Shown: positions 14,832-28,612, numbered from the stretch's first letter. The stretch is DNA of 64,000 nucleotides from Octopus vulgaris (GCA_951406725.2 OX597815.1:52576001-52640000), one strand, 5' to 3'. Notes: a model not told the origin generated them from the sequence alone. A program made the numbers and translations.

Positions 14832-15249
14832 ATCTATTTCTTTACTACCCAGAAGGGGCTAAAAACAGAGAGGACAAACAAGGACAGACAAACGGATTAA
14901 GTCGATTATATCGATCCCAGTGCGTAACTGGTACTTATTTAATCGACCCCGAAGGGCTGAAAGGCAAAGTCGACCTCGGCGGAATTTGAACTCAGAACGT
15001 AGCGGCAGACGAAATACTTATTTCTTTACTACCCACAAGGGGCTAAACACAGAGGGGACAAACAAGGACAGACAAACGGATTAAGTCGATTATATCGACC
15101 CCAGTACGTAACTGGTACTTAATTTATCGACCCCGAAAGGATGAAAAGCAAAGTCGACTTCGGCGGAATTTGAACTCAGAACGTAACGGCAGATGAAATA
15201 TGGCTACGCATTTCGCCCGGCGTGCTAACGTCTCAGCCAGCTCGCCGCA
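14832..15249 (-). mobile_element. SINE family B with tandemly duplicated body and tail (partial dimer)
   Basis: 14835-15017 and 15018-15200 are direct copies. The head GCGGCGAGCTGGCTGAGACGTTAGCACGCCGGGCG and B-box GAGTTCAAATTCC are on the minus strand. Confidence 0.9.
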
Positions 15250-15354
15250 TTTGAACTTTTATATCACGTATATAATCTTTTAAGGCATGTTTTTGTGTTG
15301 AATGTTCAATAAAAGGAGCACCTACTGTTCACGTTTAGCCAAAGAAAGTGAGAA

Positions 15355-15388
<34 letters not shown>

Positions 15389-16181
15389 GCAACAGCAACA
15401 ACAATAATAATAATAAAGTTTCTTATAAAGGCTCAAGGTTACTAAATTGAAAGAATTTTAGCTGATTGGCTCAGCTCTAGTACTTTACTGGTACTTTATT
15501 TTAACAGCTTCTGAAAGATGAAAGGCAATACCGTTGTCAAGCAAGATTTGAACTCAGAATGAAAAGAGCCGGAACAAAAATTGCAAGTCATTTTGTTCGA
15601 CGCTCTGACAATTCTGCTTATCAAAGCTTTTACTTTCTACAAAAGTTGAGAGGGGTTTAAATTGGGAAGTGATGAGACAAAGTTCCTTTACCATTACATA
15701 GTTGAACCAACCATTACGAAAGTCAAACACTGATTGGTTCGGTAAGATCACAGCTCAGAAACGCAAAATCTTCTGATCACCACTTGGAAAATTATTACCA
15801 CTATTTCCCTTAACTTGCAACACATCTATTACATATGAAAACACTCTAATGCATTACGCATTACCTGTGAAACCAGCAATTTTACTGCTGTGATATTCAT
15901 TTCTTTGCTCTCAGGAAGAAGATTACGGCTTTTAAAAACATGAACTAATTTAGAAATCCTGATTGAATGCTCGACCAAAAAGCATCGGAAACCAATTATA
16001 TATACTTAACACTCTATATTCGGCTACTTTTTAATTTTATTGCTTGCCTAAGTTGGCTGTGCTGTCTGTCTTATCTTCTGTAAATTATAAGTCCTACGGA
16101 ACCAAATTTCAAACTATGCGTCATCTGCATCTTAAGATAATAATAATGAAATCCTATTCTATTCTGTTTTGAAGAACACAC

Positions 16182-16229
<48 letters not shown>

Positions 16230-16337
16230 ATGTGTATATATATCATATATATGTATCCCTATATTCAACCACACACACACACACACCTATATATACACAT
16301 AAGTATATGCATATATGTAAGCATGTATATGTATGTA

Positions 16338-16389
<52 letters not shown>

Positions 16390-16426
16390 CATACATACAT
16401 ACATACATACATCCATAGATACATAC

Positions 16427-16515
<89 letters not shown>

Positions 16516-16817
16516 GTAAGCTAAGAACTCAATTTCGAGTGAAGAATGAAATATTTACTTTATCATAAGCAGAATACAACGATTCGTATGTGAGCTAACA
16601 CTGGTTCCAAATAAGACGTGGATGCTATGAAAGACTTGTAAGTATCTAATGACATTTGTCAGATCTGGATGAATAACAAATCCATGGAGTCAGGGGTAAG
16701 CCGCATATGAATAATGTTGTGTTACACTCATTATAAAGTAAATAAATACACATACATACATGTATATATGCTTACATACCACTCATACATACATGTATGT
16801 ATATATGTGTGTGGGTG

Positions 16818-17535
16818 AGATCTCTCATGAGTGCTACTGGTAACATGGTATCCAGTTCAGCCAAATGCATGATCGGGTCGTCGCCGACTAAACCGGCTCC
16901 CCGCATTAAGCTTGCCTGATGAGGAGGGTTAATAGAAATCTAGCAGGACTAAAAACAAGACCTGTCAAAAGGACGGATGAATCTAGTGTAGCTTTAAGAT
17001 CTATTTAACAATATCATTGGACTTCAGAAATTCCGAATTGGTGTCCGGCGTGCTGGAAGACCACTGGGGATGAAGCACCTCTTAGATTCTGTTAAAGCAT
17101 GTCTCTAGGAGGAGGAGGTCACTGATATAAAACCAGATACACTGGGAAGAGCATTGAACATTTTGGGATCTTTGTTTGCGCTTGAAATCATGGTGTTCCC
17201 ACATTTCTGAGCTTACGACCCATATTGGCAGTTGGATATCTTGCCATGACTTGTCTCTCGATCATGTCAGGTGGGTGGAAAGTGTCTTGTCTGTGAGGTG
17301 CTGTGAAACCCCCGTTGGACCTAATATTTTGAGCTGTGCAATCGCCGGCGAGGCGACAATCTGATGCCCAGTCAAGTAGGAGGGTGCCGCAGACGCGAAC
17401 CCGGGTGACGCCGACTGCTTGTGCAATAACTTCATGCACGGGCATTGTTGGCAGGTTGCATGAGCAATGGTCAGTGATGGTCTTCCTCGGTCATAAGTAA
17501 ACAGCCATCATCAACATCATCATCACCATCATCAT
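16818..17535 (+). mobile_element. GC-rich non-coding element ending in a (CAT)n tail; probable internally deleted or non-autonomous RTE-type retroelement
   Basis: Sharp GC-rich island with no ORF and a 3' CATCATCAACATCATCATC tail. The 5' part resembles invertebrate RTE 5'UTRs as I recall them (inference). Confidence 0.45.
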
Positions 17536-17814
17536 ATAAATAAGTCATTAAATTTATGTATGTATGTATGTATATATGTATGTATAAATGTATCTGTGTG
17601 TATGTATGAATATATATATAAATATCACACCGATGAAAATATTAACCTTCTTTTACTAGATAAGACACTAATTTTTATTGGAAGGTAAATATACCTGTTA
17701 AAGAAGTCTACTCTAATATGCCACTAGTATATAATCTATTCAAAGAAGGAAGGAAAATTCACACCGCCAGGATTTGAACTCAGGACATAGTAGGACGAAG
17801 CAAAATATTCTAAG

Positions 17815-18400
17815 CTAGACGTTTTTGAAACGACTGCGCTGTACAACACTTGTGAACCATGTATGGCGTGCGAGTATGCGTGGAGGTTTTGAAGGGAGTC
17901 GAAAAATATCAGGGATTCTAGAAAATTTGAGAAGCGTTTTTAACGTACCATAATCAGTAAATATGTCTTCCTTTGCAGCAACATACAATGCATATTCCAT
18001 CTCGGTTTTCAGAATGTGAATACCAGTTTCTTTTTTATGCAATAAATCTTTGAAAAAAAAGAGGAAACTGATGGTATACTGTGATTCCTCTAACGTCTTA
18101 ATCAATGTGTTGTAGATGAAAAGAAAAAAAGAGCTGAACATTGCTGCTCTAAGCTATAAACTAGTGTTCCACTGTGTAAATTCTCGATCTAATACAGAAT
18201 GATGACATTCTTTGGCATGTTATTTGGTTAAGTCTTTTAAAGGAGTTTGAGCATAATCATCTGAATTGACTATGGTAGATATATTTGGTGGACGAATGAA
18301 AAATTTATTTCCAAAATTCTCATTTTCTAAGATGATCGTAGATATCCTGTCATTTCGTCGCTAGTAAAGTTACAATTCTGGAAAGCTGAATTACTGAATG
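17815..18400 (-). mobile_element. Possible decayed Tc1/mariner-superfamily transposase C-terminal relic
   Basis: Minus-strand FIRPPNISTIVNSDDY... and ...TLKTLLKFSRIP...SVVQRSRFKNV* loosely resemble the 'VNSxxY' and C-terminal 'GGxFE' regions. Confidence 0.3.
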
Positions 18401-19396
18401 CAGCATATTATCACACGTCACCTCCGTCCGTGACGAATCTCGAAATCTTAGAGTCTTATTTTCTTTCTCTATCTAGTTGTTAGCAGGACTAGTCAATTCA
18501 TAATGAATACTTCCGACTACAAAATCGTGCCGTATGCTGATATATGAGAAATATATATGTTTGTCATTCGGAAGTACAAATTAAGATAGTAAAAAGTGGA
18601 AAGAGGGAAGAAGGGAGTGAGAAAGGCGTGTACAGAGAGGGAGGGTGAAAGGGAGGGTGGGCGAACCAAGCCGGTTAAGAGTGGCTGAACCAAGCGAAGT
18701 TAAGTCATTTCCATAGCATTTCTGTTGTTGGGGGTATCTGAGTTTTTTTACAAAAACTTCAATTCCTCTCGTATTGGACTTTCATTCTGCTTTCCGAAGC
18801 ACTCACCGCAATCCATGTCTCGATACCATTTAATCATTTTCTTCTTGGTCACCTTCTTACCTTCTATTTTCATGACTGAATTTTCAAGAAACTTAATCCT
18901 TCAACAGATGCAATTGAACAATTTCCTTTTCTTCGTCTTGTTGATTCTTTCTCACTTTTCAACCAACACATTCTACCACTTAATTTACTATTCTCACTTT
19001 GATTCACTCTGAATTCATTTGTTTATATATTTCAGTTGTACGTAAATCAACATTGTCAGTTATATAAAGACTTTCATACCCGTGTCGTCAAAAATGCCGA
19101 CAGTTTTATTAGTGATAGAAAATGGACATCAACACAATGGGGAAAACCATTAATAAATGTCAGCAATCTCATAAATATATCTACAGACACAACAGAATTG
19201 AAGCACTTGAAGAATCAAATACGATTGTAACGTCTGGCTTGAAAATATCACCCACACCATGTATGTGTGGGTATCTACACATAAAACACAGATATGTACA
19301 TATACATACATATATATGTACACACACACACGTATATATATATACACAAATCAGTGTATATGTATATATGTATATATATATGAGTGTATATATATG

Positions 19397-19447
<51 letters not shown>

Positions 19448-19461
19448 GTATATATATATGA

Positions 19462-19516
<55 letters not shown>

Positions 19517-19593
19517 TAATCCAAACAAGAAAACACAAAAGAACACAACAACGCGAGGACGTGGAACAAATATAGTATTATTGGACATATATA

Positions 19594-19634
<41 letters not shown>

Positions 19635-19638
<4 letters not shown>

Positions 19639-20130
19639 GTTGGGCAAAATAATGGTTTTGAAATATCTCTAAAACCGTCAAAAGCTTGTTTATTTTTGTT
19701 TTTTGATTTATCATTAATCTTGCTTAATATTGTTGTATTTAGGAATGGTCATTTTGCCAGTTTGCCCAATAAAAACACACGCACTATATATTTGGTGTTA
19801 CTTTGCTCCAGCGTTATTTATTTTTACCATTAATCTTAACCTTATTTCGGCCAGAGTTCTTTCGTCACACTCCTGTGACCGCATCAGTGGTCCTTTGCTT
19901 TCTTCTTTCTTATTTGTGTGTCTCTCCTTACTAACAGTCAGCCATCTTGTATTTTGCATTTCTATTGTATGTGTCTTCATTTGCGCATGCGTATATCTCT
20001 ATGTGTGTCTATGTTTGGTTAGTGTGTGTGTGTGGGGGGGGAGTGCGTGTAATATTTGTATCTCCTGTTTATATATGTTCGCGTAATTTGTGTTTGTTTT
20101 TGTTTATTTTTATTTTGTTCATGTGTTTAC
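19635..20130 (-). mobile_element. Penelope-like element terminal repeat (pLTR) relic next to (TA)n, carrying a hammerhead motif
   Basis: Starts flush with a (TA)n array and contains the hammerhead at 19849-19893. Confidence 0.55.
19849..19893 (-). ncRNA. Minimal type I hammerhead ribozyme-like motif (variant core CUGAUGCG)
   Basis: Minus strand: GGACCA-CTGATGCG-GTCACA-GGAG-TGTGAC-GAAA-GAAC-TC-TGGCC. Perfect 6-bp stem II, 2-bp stem III, stem I GACCA/TGGCC with one mismatch. Confidence 0.65.
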
Positions 20131-20138
20131 ACTCACTT

Positions 20139-20157
20139 ATTATTATTATTACTATTA

Positions 20158-20236
<79 letters not shown>

Positions 20237-20238
20237 CA

Positions 20239-20269
<31 letters not shown>

Positions 20270-20278
20270 TACTATTAA

Positions 20279-20338
<60 letters not shown>
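20139..20338. repeat. (TTA)n array, 3' flank/target of the Dong-like element
   Basis: Directly visible. Confidence 0.97.
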
Positions 20339-20340
<2 letters not shown>

Positions 20341-23300
20341 GTTTGACTTTTGCATTACATTTGCATAAGCTGGCTCCATGTTGGTGTCATGCCTAGGGTG
20401 CCATATATTTGGTTTTGTACTTAGTGTTGTATAAGTGAATGCCTAAAAAAACATACGAAAATTGTTTGTTTTTAAACTTGAGATTACAAAGAAAGTATTT
20501 TGCGTAGGATAAGAGCAGTTCCCATGAGCACTATCTTTTGAATTTCTGCCATTTTGGGGTTTCCTGGTATCTGAGTTAGGTAGCAATCAGCCCCTTTTGC
20601 TATCATTCCCAGGACACCTATGACAACAGGTATTGCTTTAGTCTTCAGGTTCCACATTTTGCTGATTTCTATTTCTAGATCTTTATATTTGCTCAGTTTC
20701 TGGTAGGCCTTGACAGATACGTTTATATCGATTGGGACAGTCATATCAATGAGGAGGCATGGTTTTGTCTGAAATCTTTTACTATGATGTCTGGCCTATT
20801 CGCGTCTATCTTTCTGTCAGTTTGAATGGTGAAGTTCCAGAGGAGAGAGATGTGGTCATTTTCAAGCACTGGAGGTGGTTTGTGTTCCCACCAGTTTTTA
20901 TCATGGGGCAAGTCCAGGCTTCTGCAAATTACCCAGTGAATATATTGTGCAGCTCTATCATGCTTGTTGAGATACTCTGTGGGCACAAGAAGACTGCACT
21001 TGGAGACAACATGATCAATGGTTTCATTTTGTTGTTGACATACACATGTTGGGCTACTGCCATTCTTTAATATGTTGGCCTGGTAGTTCCTTGTAGGTAG
21101 ACATTGATCTTGAGCTGCTATGATAAACCCTTCTGTTTCAGATTTTAAGCCAGATGCCATTAGCCATTGATGGGTTAGGGCTTTGTCAACATCTGCATTA
21201 TTCACTCTCTTTGGGTATTTGCCATTGAGAGGTTTTTCTTGCCATTTATTATTCAGAATATCTAAGACAGCAGTTTTAGCACGGGTTTTCATGCGCTTAG
21301 CTTTTTCTGTGCATGTTTCTTGTGTGTCTAATTCCGGAATTTGTTGTATTCGGAATTCACTTAGATATTCCTTTGCCAGTTTTGTTATTGAGTATGATGC
21401 TTTCTTTTAACATCCAGTCCTCAGAGTTTTTCAGGTAGCAACCTTCATTTTTATTGCCAGTTGCAAAAGCCCACGGCCTCCATCTTTTCTTGGGAGATAA
21501 AGTCGATCTATATCTGCCTTAGGGTGGTGCATTCTATGCATTGTCAACAGTTTTCGTATGTTTTTGTCAAGATTACATATTTCAGTAATTGACCAGTTAA
21601 CGATATTGAAACTGTAAGTCACGACTGGTATGGCTAAAGCATTGATCGCTTCGATCCTTTTCTTGCACTCAGCTCTGCCTTGAGTATTGCTCTTACTCTG
21701 CGATAACATTCTCTCCTGATCCTTTCCTTCATCATTGAATGCCTTATTCCATCTCCTTCAATTACCCCTAGGTACTTGTAGCTCTTCGCTGGGTCTAACT
21801 CTTTTATGACATTCTGCTGGTCGAGGTAAACGTTAGATGTTTCTGTTATTTTTCCTTTGATAAAAGTAGCCTTTGCACATTTATCGAGGCCAAATTGCAT
21901 TCTGATGTCACCGCTGAATTGTTTAAAAATCGTTAGTAAGCCCTTGAGTTGTTGGTCATTTTTTGCAAAGAGCTTTAAATCATCCATGTGAATGAGATGA
22001 TTTATATTTTTATTCAACATTTTATATCCGTACTGTGCGTCATTGAGCAATTTTGAGAGAGGTGTTAAGGCTAAACAAAAGAGGAGTGGTGATAGTGAGT
22101 CACCCTGGAAAATGCCACGTGAAATTTTTACATCACCAGCATTTAGAGATTCATCGTCACTGTTCAAAGTTAGTGTGGTTCTCCATGATCTCATACCTGC
22201 AGACAAAAAGTTTCGCAGAGTAGGCGCTATTTTGTACATCTCAAGGCATTTCTTTATCCAGCTATGTGGTAGGCTATCAAATGCCTTTTTATAGTCTATC
22301 CAGGCTATTGACAGGTTTTTGTGTCGTTTGTAACAATCTTCTAAGATCATCTTATTGATGAGTAGCTGACCTTTACAACCATAGGATCCATGTTTACATC
22401 CTTTCTGTTCATTTGGGAATATGCTGCTGTCTATTAAAAAACTATAGGTATATTCCGTCAGGACAGATGTTAGCGTTTTATACATAGTTGTTAAGCAGGT
22501 TATGGGTCGATAGTTTTTTGATTCATTTGTTTCTTCACTTTTTGGGAGCAAGAATGGTGAACCATTAACTAGCCAAGCAGGCATCCTACTAGGGTGTTGC
22601 AAAACATCATTGTAAAGTTCTGCTAGCAGTTCATGGCTCTCTGGGAAGGCATTCAACCAGAAGTTAGGAATTTTATCCTTTCCTGGAGACTTCCATTTGC
22701 TTGACCTCCTGAGAGCAGATCTTATATCTTCTACCTTGACACCCTCCCACTTTTGCTCCTCTAAAGAGTACAAGTCCGTAGCTATTCTATCAATCCAAGG
22801 GGACTTTTCGTTGTGTGTTTTTCTTCTGCCCAAATTTTATTCCAAAAACCGTGCACTTCGTCTTTTGATGGTACAGACTTTACAGTAACTGGTGTTTTCC
22901 CTATTTTCCTGTAAAAAGTTTTGGGGTTATTTTTGAATATGTTGTTGTCCTTGAAGAATCTAACACGCTTTTCATACCTCGCTATGCGGGCAGCTTTAGC
23001 AGATACCTTTTTCTTGATGGCTTCTATGGTGGCATCAATATCAAATATAGTTTACATACATTTTTTCTTTAATTTTTGGGTTTTTGTAGGTTTGGTAGTC
23101 TTGTCAACCTTAAGGTTTTTCAAACTTTCAATGTCAGACCTAAGTAGTTTAATTTGATGTTGGATACGCTCTTGCCAAGAAGGCTTTTTGTGGGAATGTT
23201 GCCGTTTTCTAATCTTTTCACCACATAGGATCGTTGAGATTTTTGCGGATGCATAGTACAGGTGGTTGAGATCTGTGATATTAACATCATTAGCTGAAAT

Positions 23301-25030
23301 TATATCCTTAGGTGCAAGGCGGATTTTACCAATTATTTTCATTTTTTGGTTAGAGTTGCGGATTCTAGGGAGTGTATCGCGTTCATCCATATTGGTTTCT
23401 TTAATTTTCAGCCATTCAATCATGACTTGATTCTTTAGTTCACGCAGTTCATTTAGGTCAATATTTGTGTGACTTTCTTCTATTTGATGTTCATTTGTCT
23501 TAGTGTTTATGATTGGTTCAGTGAGTATTTCACTTTGCCTATCAGTTATACTAGCTCTTCCAATCCTTACTGGGCTGGTGTATAATTATTTCCTCTGTAT
23601 TGTCTTCTTTAACTGCTGCTTCGTTGGTTTTATCCATTACTGCTTGTTTGATTTGATCAATCTCTAATTCAGTCAGTAATATTTCTTTTTAATAATGCTT
23701 CTTCTGACGTTGGCAAGTTTGTTACAGTCTATGTAAGGTCTTACTTCAAGGGTGTTTCTGTCTCTAGTTTATGTAGGTTTGTATAGTGTTGGATTTATCT
23801 GTGGGGAAATATATGGCATGTTAGAAGGCCGTAAGAACTTCCTTATTATCTTCCCTAGACCATATTTTATTCTTTTTCTGTTGGTTATTTGATGATGGGC
23901 ATGGACGGCCGTCTGTTGGAATATTCCGGTTGTGGGGTACGTCCAGCTCCTGTGTGTCGGGAAGATTTGAACCAGTGGCTGATTTTTCAGTCAGAATTTG
24001 GTTCAATGTTCGGGTTTGTGGTCTTTTGTAAACCGATCGATGACCATTGCGGGTTGTAATTTGTTTTGTTGACATTGAGGCATGACGAGCTTCGGTTCTT
24101 ACATTAGGAGTCGGATCTGTCATTATAGGGTTAAGTTTTTGCAACGACGCCGCCTCTGAATGTAAACATCACTCGTAGCGTAATTTCTTAAGGCTAGCAG
24201 ATCTGTATTCGTCTGCATTTTTATTTGTTCATAGATTTACCTCCGGACATAGTTTTTTTGTGTGTTTTTTAAACTTATGAAGGGTTCACTCTGTCTGTGT
24301 TAGTTCGAAAAAATGATAGTAAAATAAGAAGAAAACAAAAAGATCTGTCGGTTAAGGGTTAAGTTATTGCGACGACACCGCCCCTGAATGTAAACATCGC
24401 CCGTTGCTTGATTTCTTAAGGCTAGCAGATCTGTACTCGTCTGTATTTTTTTGTTGATAGATTTGCCTTCGGACATAGTTTTTTTTGTGGTGTTTTTTAC
24501 CCTTATGAAAGGTTCACTCTGTCTGTGGTAGTTCTAAAATATGAGAAGAAAAACAAAGAAATTTTTAATTTTGTTTTTGCTTGGTTTGTGATACGTGTTT
24601 TCATGTGCGTGAGTGAGTGTCCTATAAATTTCACTTAGTGTGTTCAACTTTGGGATGTATGTGTAGTCCTATGGGTATCAAAATGCATATATGATTGTGT
24701 AGATATTCGAGTGTATGCGTAATAACTCAATTGATGTACTCACTGTTTTTTTTTGTTTTGGTCCGTTTCTATTTTATTCTATGTAAACTCTCCGGCGTTG
24801 ATATCGCGCGTGTGTTTCGCACATGTTTCATTGAGACACCGTGCGTAGGAGAAACTGTACTTTGTATGGCAGTAAAATTTCGTTTTTTTCTTAGTGTCTT
24901 CGTTAAAAGGTCGCTTCCTTCAAGTTTTCTTCAAGTTCCTTTATCTAATTCCATCGATGTTATTGGATTAGATTTGTTTTTGAATGGAGAGCCCAGTTTA
25001 GTATATCCATGATGTTATTCAGTGCGGGCT
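20339..25030 (-). mobile_element. Near full-length R4/Dong-clade non-LTR retrotransposon (RT + CCHC knuckle + restriction-like endonuclease), inactivated by frameshifts
   Basis: ORF pieces 23821..24144, 23052..23423, 21634..22833, 21431..21709, 20741..21292 and 20484..20744. 21634..22833 is RT (KSPGKD, YRPITCL, DYKKAFDS, GIFQGDSLSP, HMDDLKLF). 20741..21292 has C..C..ETIDHVVSKC, KHD and RPDII; 20484..20744 has KLSKYKDL, PVVIGVLG. Both ends abut (TAA)n, the known target of Dong. Confidence 0.93.
21634..22833 (-). pseudogene. Reverse transcriptase segment of the Dong-like element
   Basis: Non-LTR RT motifs are present; the catalytic YxDD reads HMDD and the reading frame is broken on both sides. 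Confidence 0.9.
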
Positions 25031-25031
25031 A

Positions 25032-25120
<89 letters not shown>
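25031..25120. repeat. (TTA)n array between two stacked Dong-like elements
   Basis: Directly visible. Confidence 0.97.
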
Positions 25121-25122
<2 letters not shown>

Positions 25123-25431
25123 CTTTTTTTCCCTCTTCTTTCAAATTTGCTTCCATTTCTTGCCGAGTGTCTTCCCGATACCTAGGGCAAAGAAACTCAT
25201 AGTATACATTGGAAGGCCATTAAACTAAACTCACTAGTTCGTTCATTTTTTTTTCATTTAAGTTAAATTAAAATACAGGGGTAGTAATAGTTCTCATATC
25301 GACAATGCTCTTCTCAATACGTGTGATGTACCAGTTAAGACAATCTTTTGCACTTCTTGCAGGGATGGTAAGCCAGGGATCATTCTCATATAATTTTCGG
25401 TTCCCTTCTTGATCATTCCTAGTGCTCCTAT
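25121..25431 (-). mobile_element. 5'-truncated Dong/R4-like element, subfamily 2 (RLE C-terminus + distinct 3'UTR)
   Basis: Minus strand IGALGMIKKGTENYMRMIPGLPSLQEVQKIVLTGTSHVLRRALSI* is homologous to, but clearly diverged from, 20484..20744. Confidence 0.85.
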
Positions 25432-25687
25432 GTATGTATATATGTATATATGTATATATGTATGTATGTATAATAATAATAATAGTAATAATAAAAAAAT
25501 GTATATAGTTATTTACTTCCATTTGTTTATTTATCTGTGTATTTTATTTTATTATGTTTTCAGTTTTGTTTATATTGTAACCAGTTTATGGGGATCTTCT
25601 TCTGTCATATGTTTTGGTGTGTGCTAGTGTTCCATTCCAGTTTCCTATTCAGGCTAGATTTATCTTCTATTATTGATTAAATTGTTT

Positions 25688-25807
25688 GGTCAAATTGTTG
25701 GTGCTCTTATGGCAGGCACTAGCATAACGAAAACAGCCGAAAGGTTCCATGTATCAAGAAGTACTGTCTTGTAAGTAATCACAGCCTTTGAGAAAGAAGG
25801 AAAAACC
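25688..25807 (+). mobile_element. Tc1-family transposase N-terminal (paired-like HTH) fragment
   Basis: GQIVGALMAGTSITKTAERFHVSRSTVL*VITAFEKEGKT matches the Tc1-like N-terminus pattern GQIVGARxAGxSVTKTAxxFxVSRxTVSKV. Confidence 0.75.
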
Positions 25808-25809
25808 TG

Positions 25810-26327
<518 letters not shown>

Positions 26328-28264
26328 TATGTAAGTATGTACATTTTTTGAAAACAAGTGTTAATTATTTAATTCCATGTGTGTGTGTGTGTGTGTGTGC
26401 GCGTGTGTTTGTGAATGTGTGTATGCGTGTGTGTGTGTGGGAAAAAGAGATAGATAAATAGATAAATACACACACACACGTATATATAGAGAGAAGCTGG
26501 TAATATAATTAATTGTAATATAAATATAATCAACGATAAAAATTTGCAGTTTTATTTTGATTAAAATATCAACGTCTTCGGAGCAAAACCTTTAAGTGCT
26601 GTTGCATACTCTATTAATATCTGTCACTATCACCCACTCCCACTACGGTTGTTTTACTCTTCTTTCCCTCTAGCATGAGCGTGATCGACAGAGAACATAT
26701 TTTATTTTATAATATGTAAGAAGATTATTGTTTCACATAAATGAACACTTTCACACAGCTTTATGAAGTTATATCATATATCATAGTGAGCCAACGAGGG
26801 AGTCACTAAGCCTTGTCTGTTTTTAAACATTATGCCAGGAGAGAAGGCAGTGTTCCTGATACTGGTAGGAGGAGTTTATTTTCAAACCAGATATCTCACC
26901 AGAATGCTTGCAATAAAGTAGATTCTATACATGGTACCCAAAGTGCCAAGTTATGGTGTCAAGCAAGCCATGATTTGAATTCAGAATATAAAGAACCAAA
27001 ACAAATACCGCAAGGTATCCAAATATGTTGTTACTGTTCTCCTAACTACCTGACTTAAATTAATACTATTTCGTCGACTCCGAGGGGATAAAAGGTGAAG
27101 TGAACCTTAGCGGGATTTAAACGCAAAACGCAGAGTCGAAACAAATACCACGAGGTATTCAATCCTTATGCTCTAATAACCCTGCCGGCGAGAATTAGTA
27201 ATCAAGCTTCTTTCTAGGGTTATCAACTACTATCGTGAAAAAGAAGACATACTATTGGATCATATAGTTACAGATAAGTAATGTCCAAGAAAAAGAAGGG
27301 ACTAATCAGAACCTGACGCCTTTGATCACAGGTCTGCTTACGTGAGGGCAGACCTAGAGTTAAACGCAAGCATTTAACGTAGTTAAAGACCAAATGTTTG
27401 TTTTTATGTATGTAATCAAGTCTACATGTAGTCGTTAGCTACAGGGTTTAATGTATCCAGCCAGGTCAAGGCGTTCCTATTGCATTTCTGTCGTTGGGGT
27501 ACCTGAAAACTTTTATCATTCTTTTCAGATTTCGAATTTCTAGTTCTGACTAGGGTGGCACATTCCCTCTTCCATTCAAGTTTTTAATCCAATTTGGTGA
27601 TCCAAGTGGTGCTCATTGGATTCCCAAAATATGGATACCATTGGCTTTCAAGGAGCTTATTTACTTTTAACAAGTTTTATTTTTTAATCCTGCTGGAAAA
27701 GTTGTCGAACGCTCAAACACGAACATGTAGTACTGGACTATATGATTATCAGTAGCCGCTTTCTATAAGCCTGTCTGATAAGGCTGAAGCATTTTTAGAG
27801 AAGCAAAATAAATGAAATTGCCTCTAGTACTTAACTGGTACTTTTGTTTTGAGTCCCGAAGGATGAAAGGGATTTGATCTCAGAAATTAAAGGTCCTTCG
27901 CTAAATGCTTCAAAGCATTTTATCCGACATACTAACGAGTCTGTTAACTCAAATCTGTATATAACGTGAATAGCTAAACGAACTTTGGTCCGGAATTACT
28001 TTTTTCAGTTATCTTAACATCTGTCAGCAAACTACCGACTGCAGATTAACGCTGGGCTGCGACCTCGTTTCACTGGACCACTAACTGTATTGAATATATG
28101 GCGTTGCATATGCAAATTCCTTCTTTTTCTTATTTATTCCTCGGTAGCAACTAACAAAATTCAATATTGAAAAATAATGCTGAATCTTATTTTTGTAGTA
28201 GTTTCAAATATATCAATAAATATTTCTTTCTACTATTTTATTGTTTACACGTTTTCTGAAAATT

Positions 28265-28612
28265 CCTGAAATTTTGAGGGAGGGGACTAGTCGATTTCAT
28301 CGATTCCAATACTCGACTGGTACAGAAGGTTGCTGTAATTTAGCCCCAGGAGACATCGTCCTAAACCAGGACTGCCATGTTATGTTGGCAAACAAGCTTT
28401 ACTGCATGATACTTATTTTATCGATCCGAAAGGATGAAAGGCAAAGTCTACCTCGGTAGAATGAATAAATCAATAAATATTGGTTTCAAATTTTGGCAAA
28501 AGGCCAGAATTTTCGGGGGAGAGGGTTAAATCGACAGTATTGATCACAATGCTCAACTGGTACTTATTTTATCGACCCTGAAAGAATAAAAGGGTAAGTC
28601 GACCTCGGTGGA
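28265..28612 (-). mobile_element. Two SINE family B fragments; the first carries an 83-bp nested insertion (28324-28406)
   Basis: Family-B core motifs; the insertion is bounded by TGGTAC/TGATAC. Confidence 0.7.

Noticed and set aside
16911-16947. CTTGC-CTGATGA...GAAA-TC-TA-GCAGG hammerhead-like motif
   Set aside because: Stem I and the core are present, but the stem II segment GGAGGGTTAATA cannot pair.
24900-25030. HDV-like ribozyme at the Dong 5' end
   Set aside because: Only an AGCCC/GGGCT pairing is visible; there is no P3/L3 or J4/2 signature.
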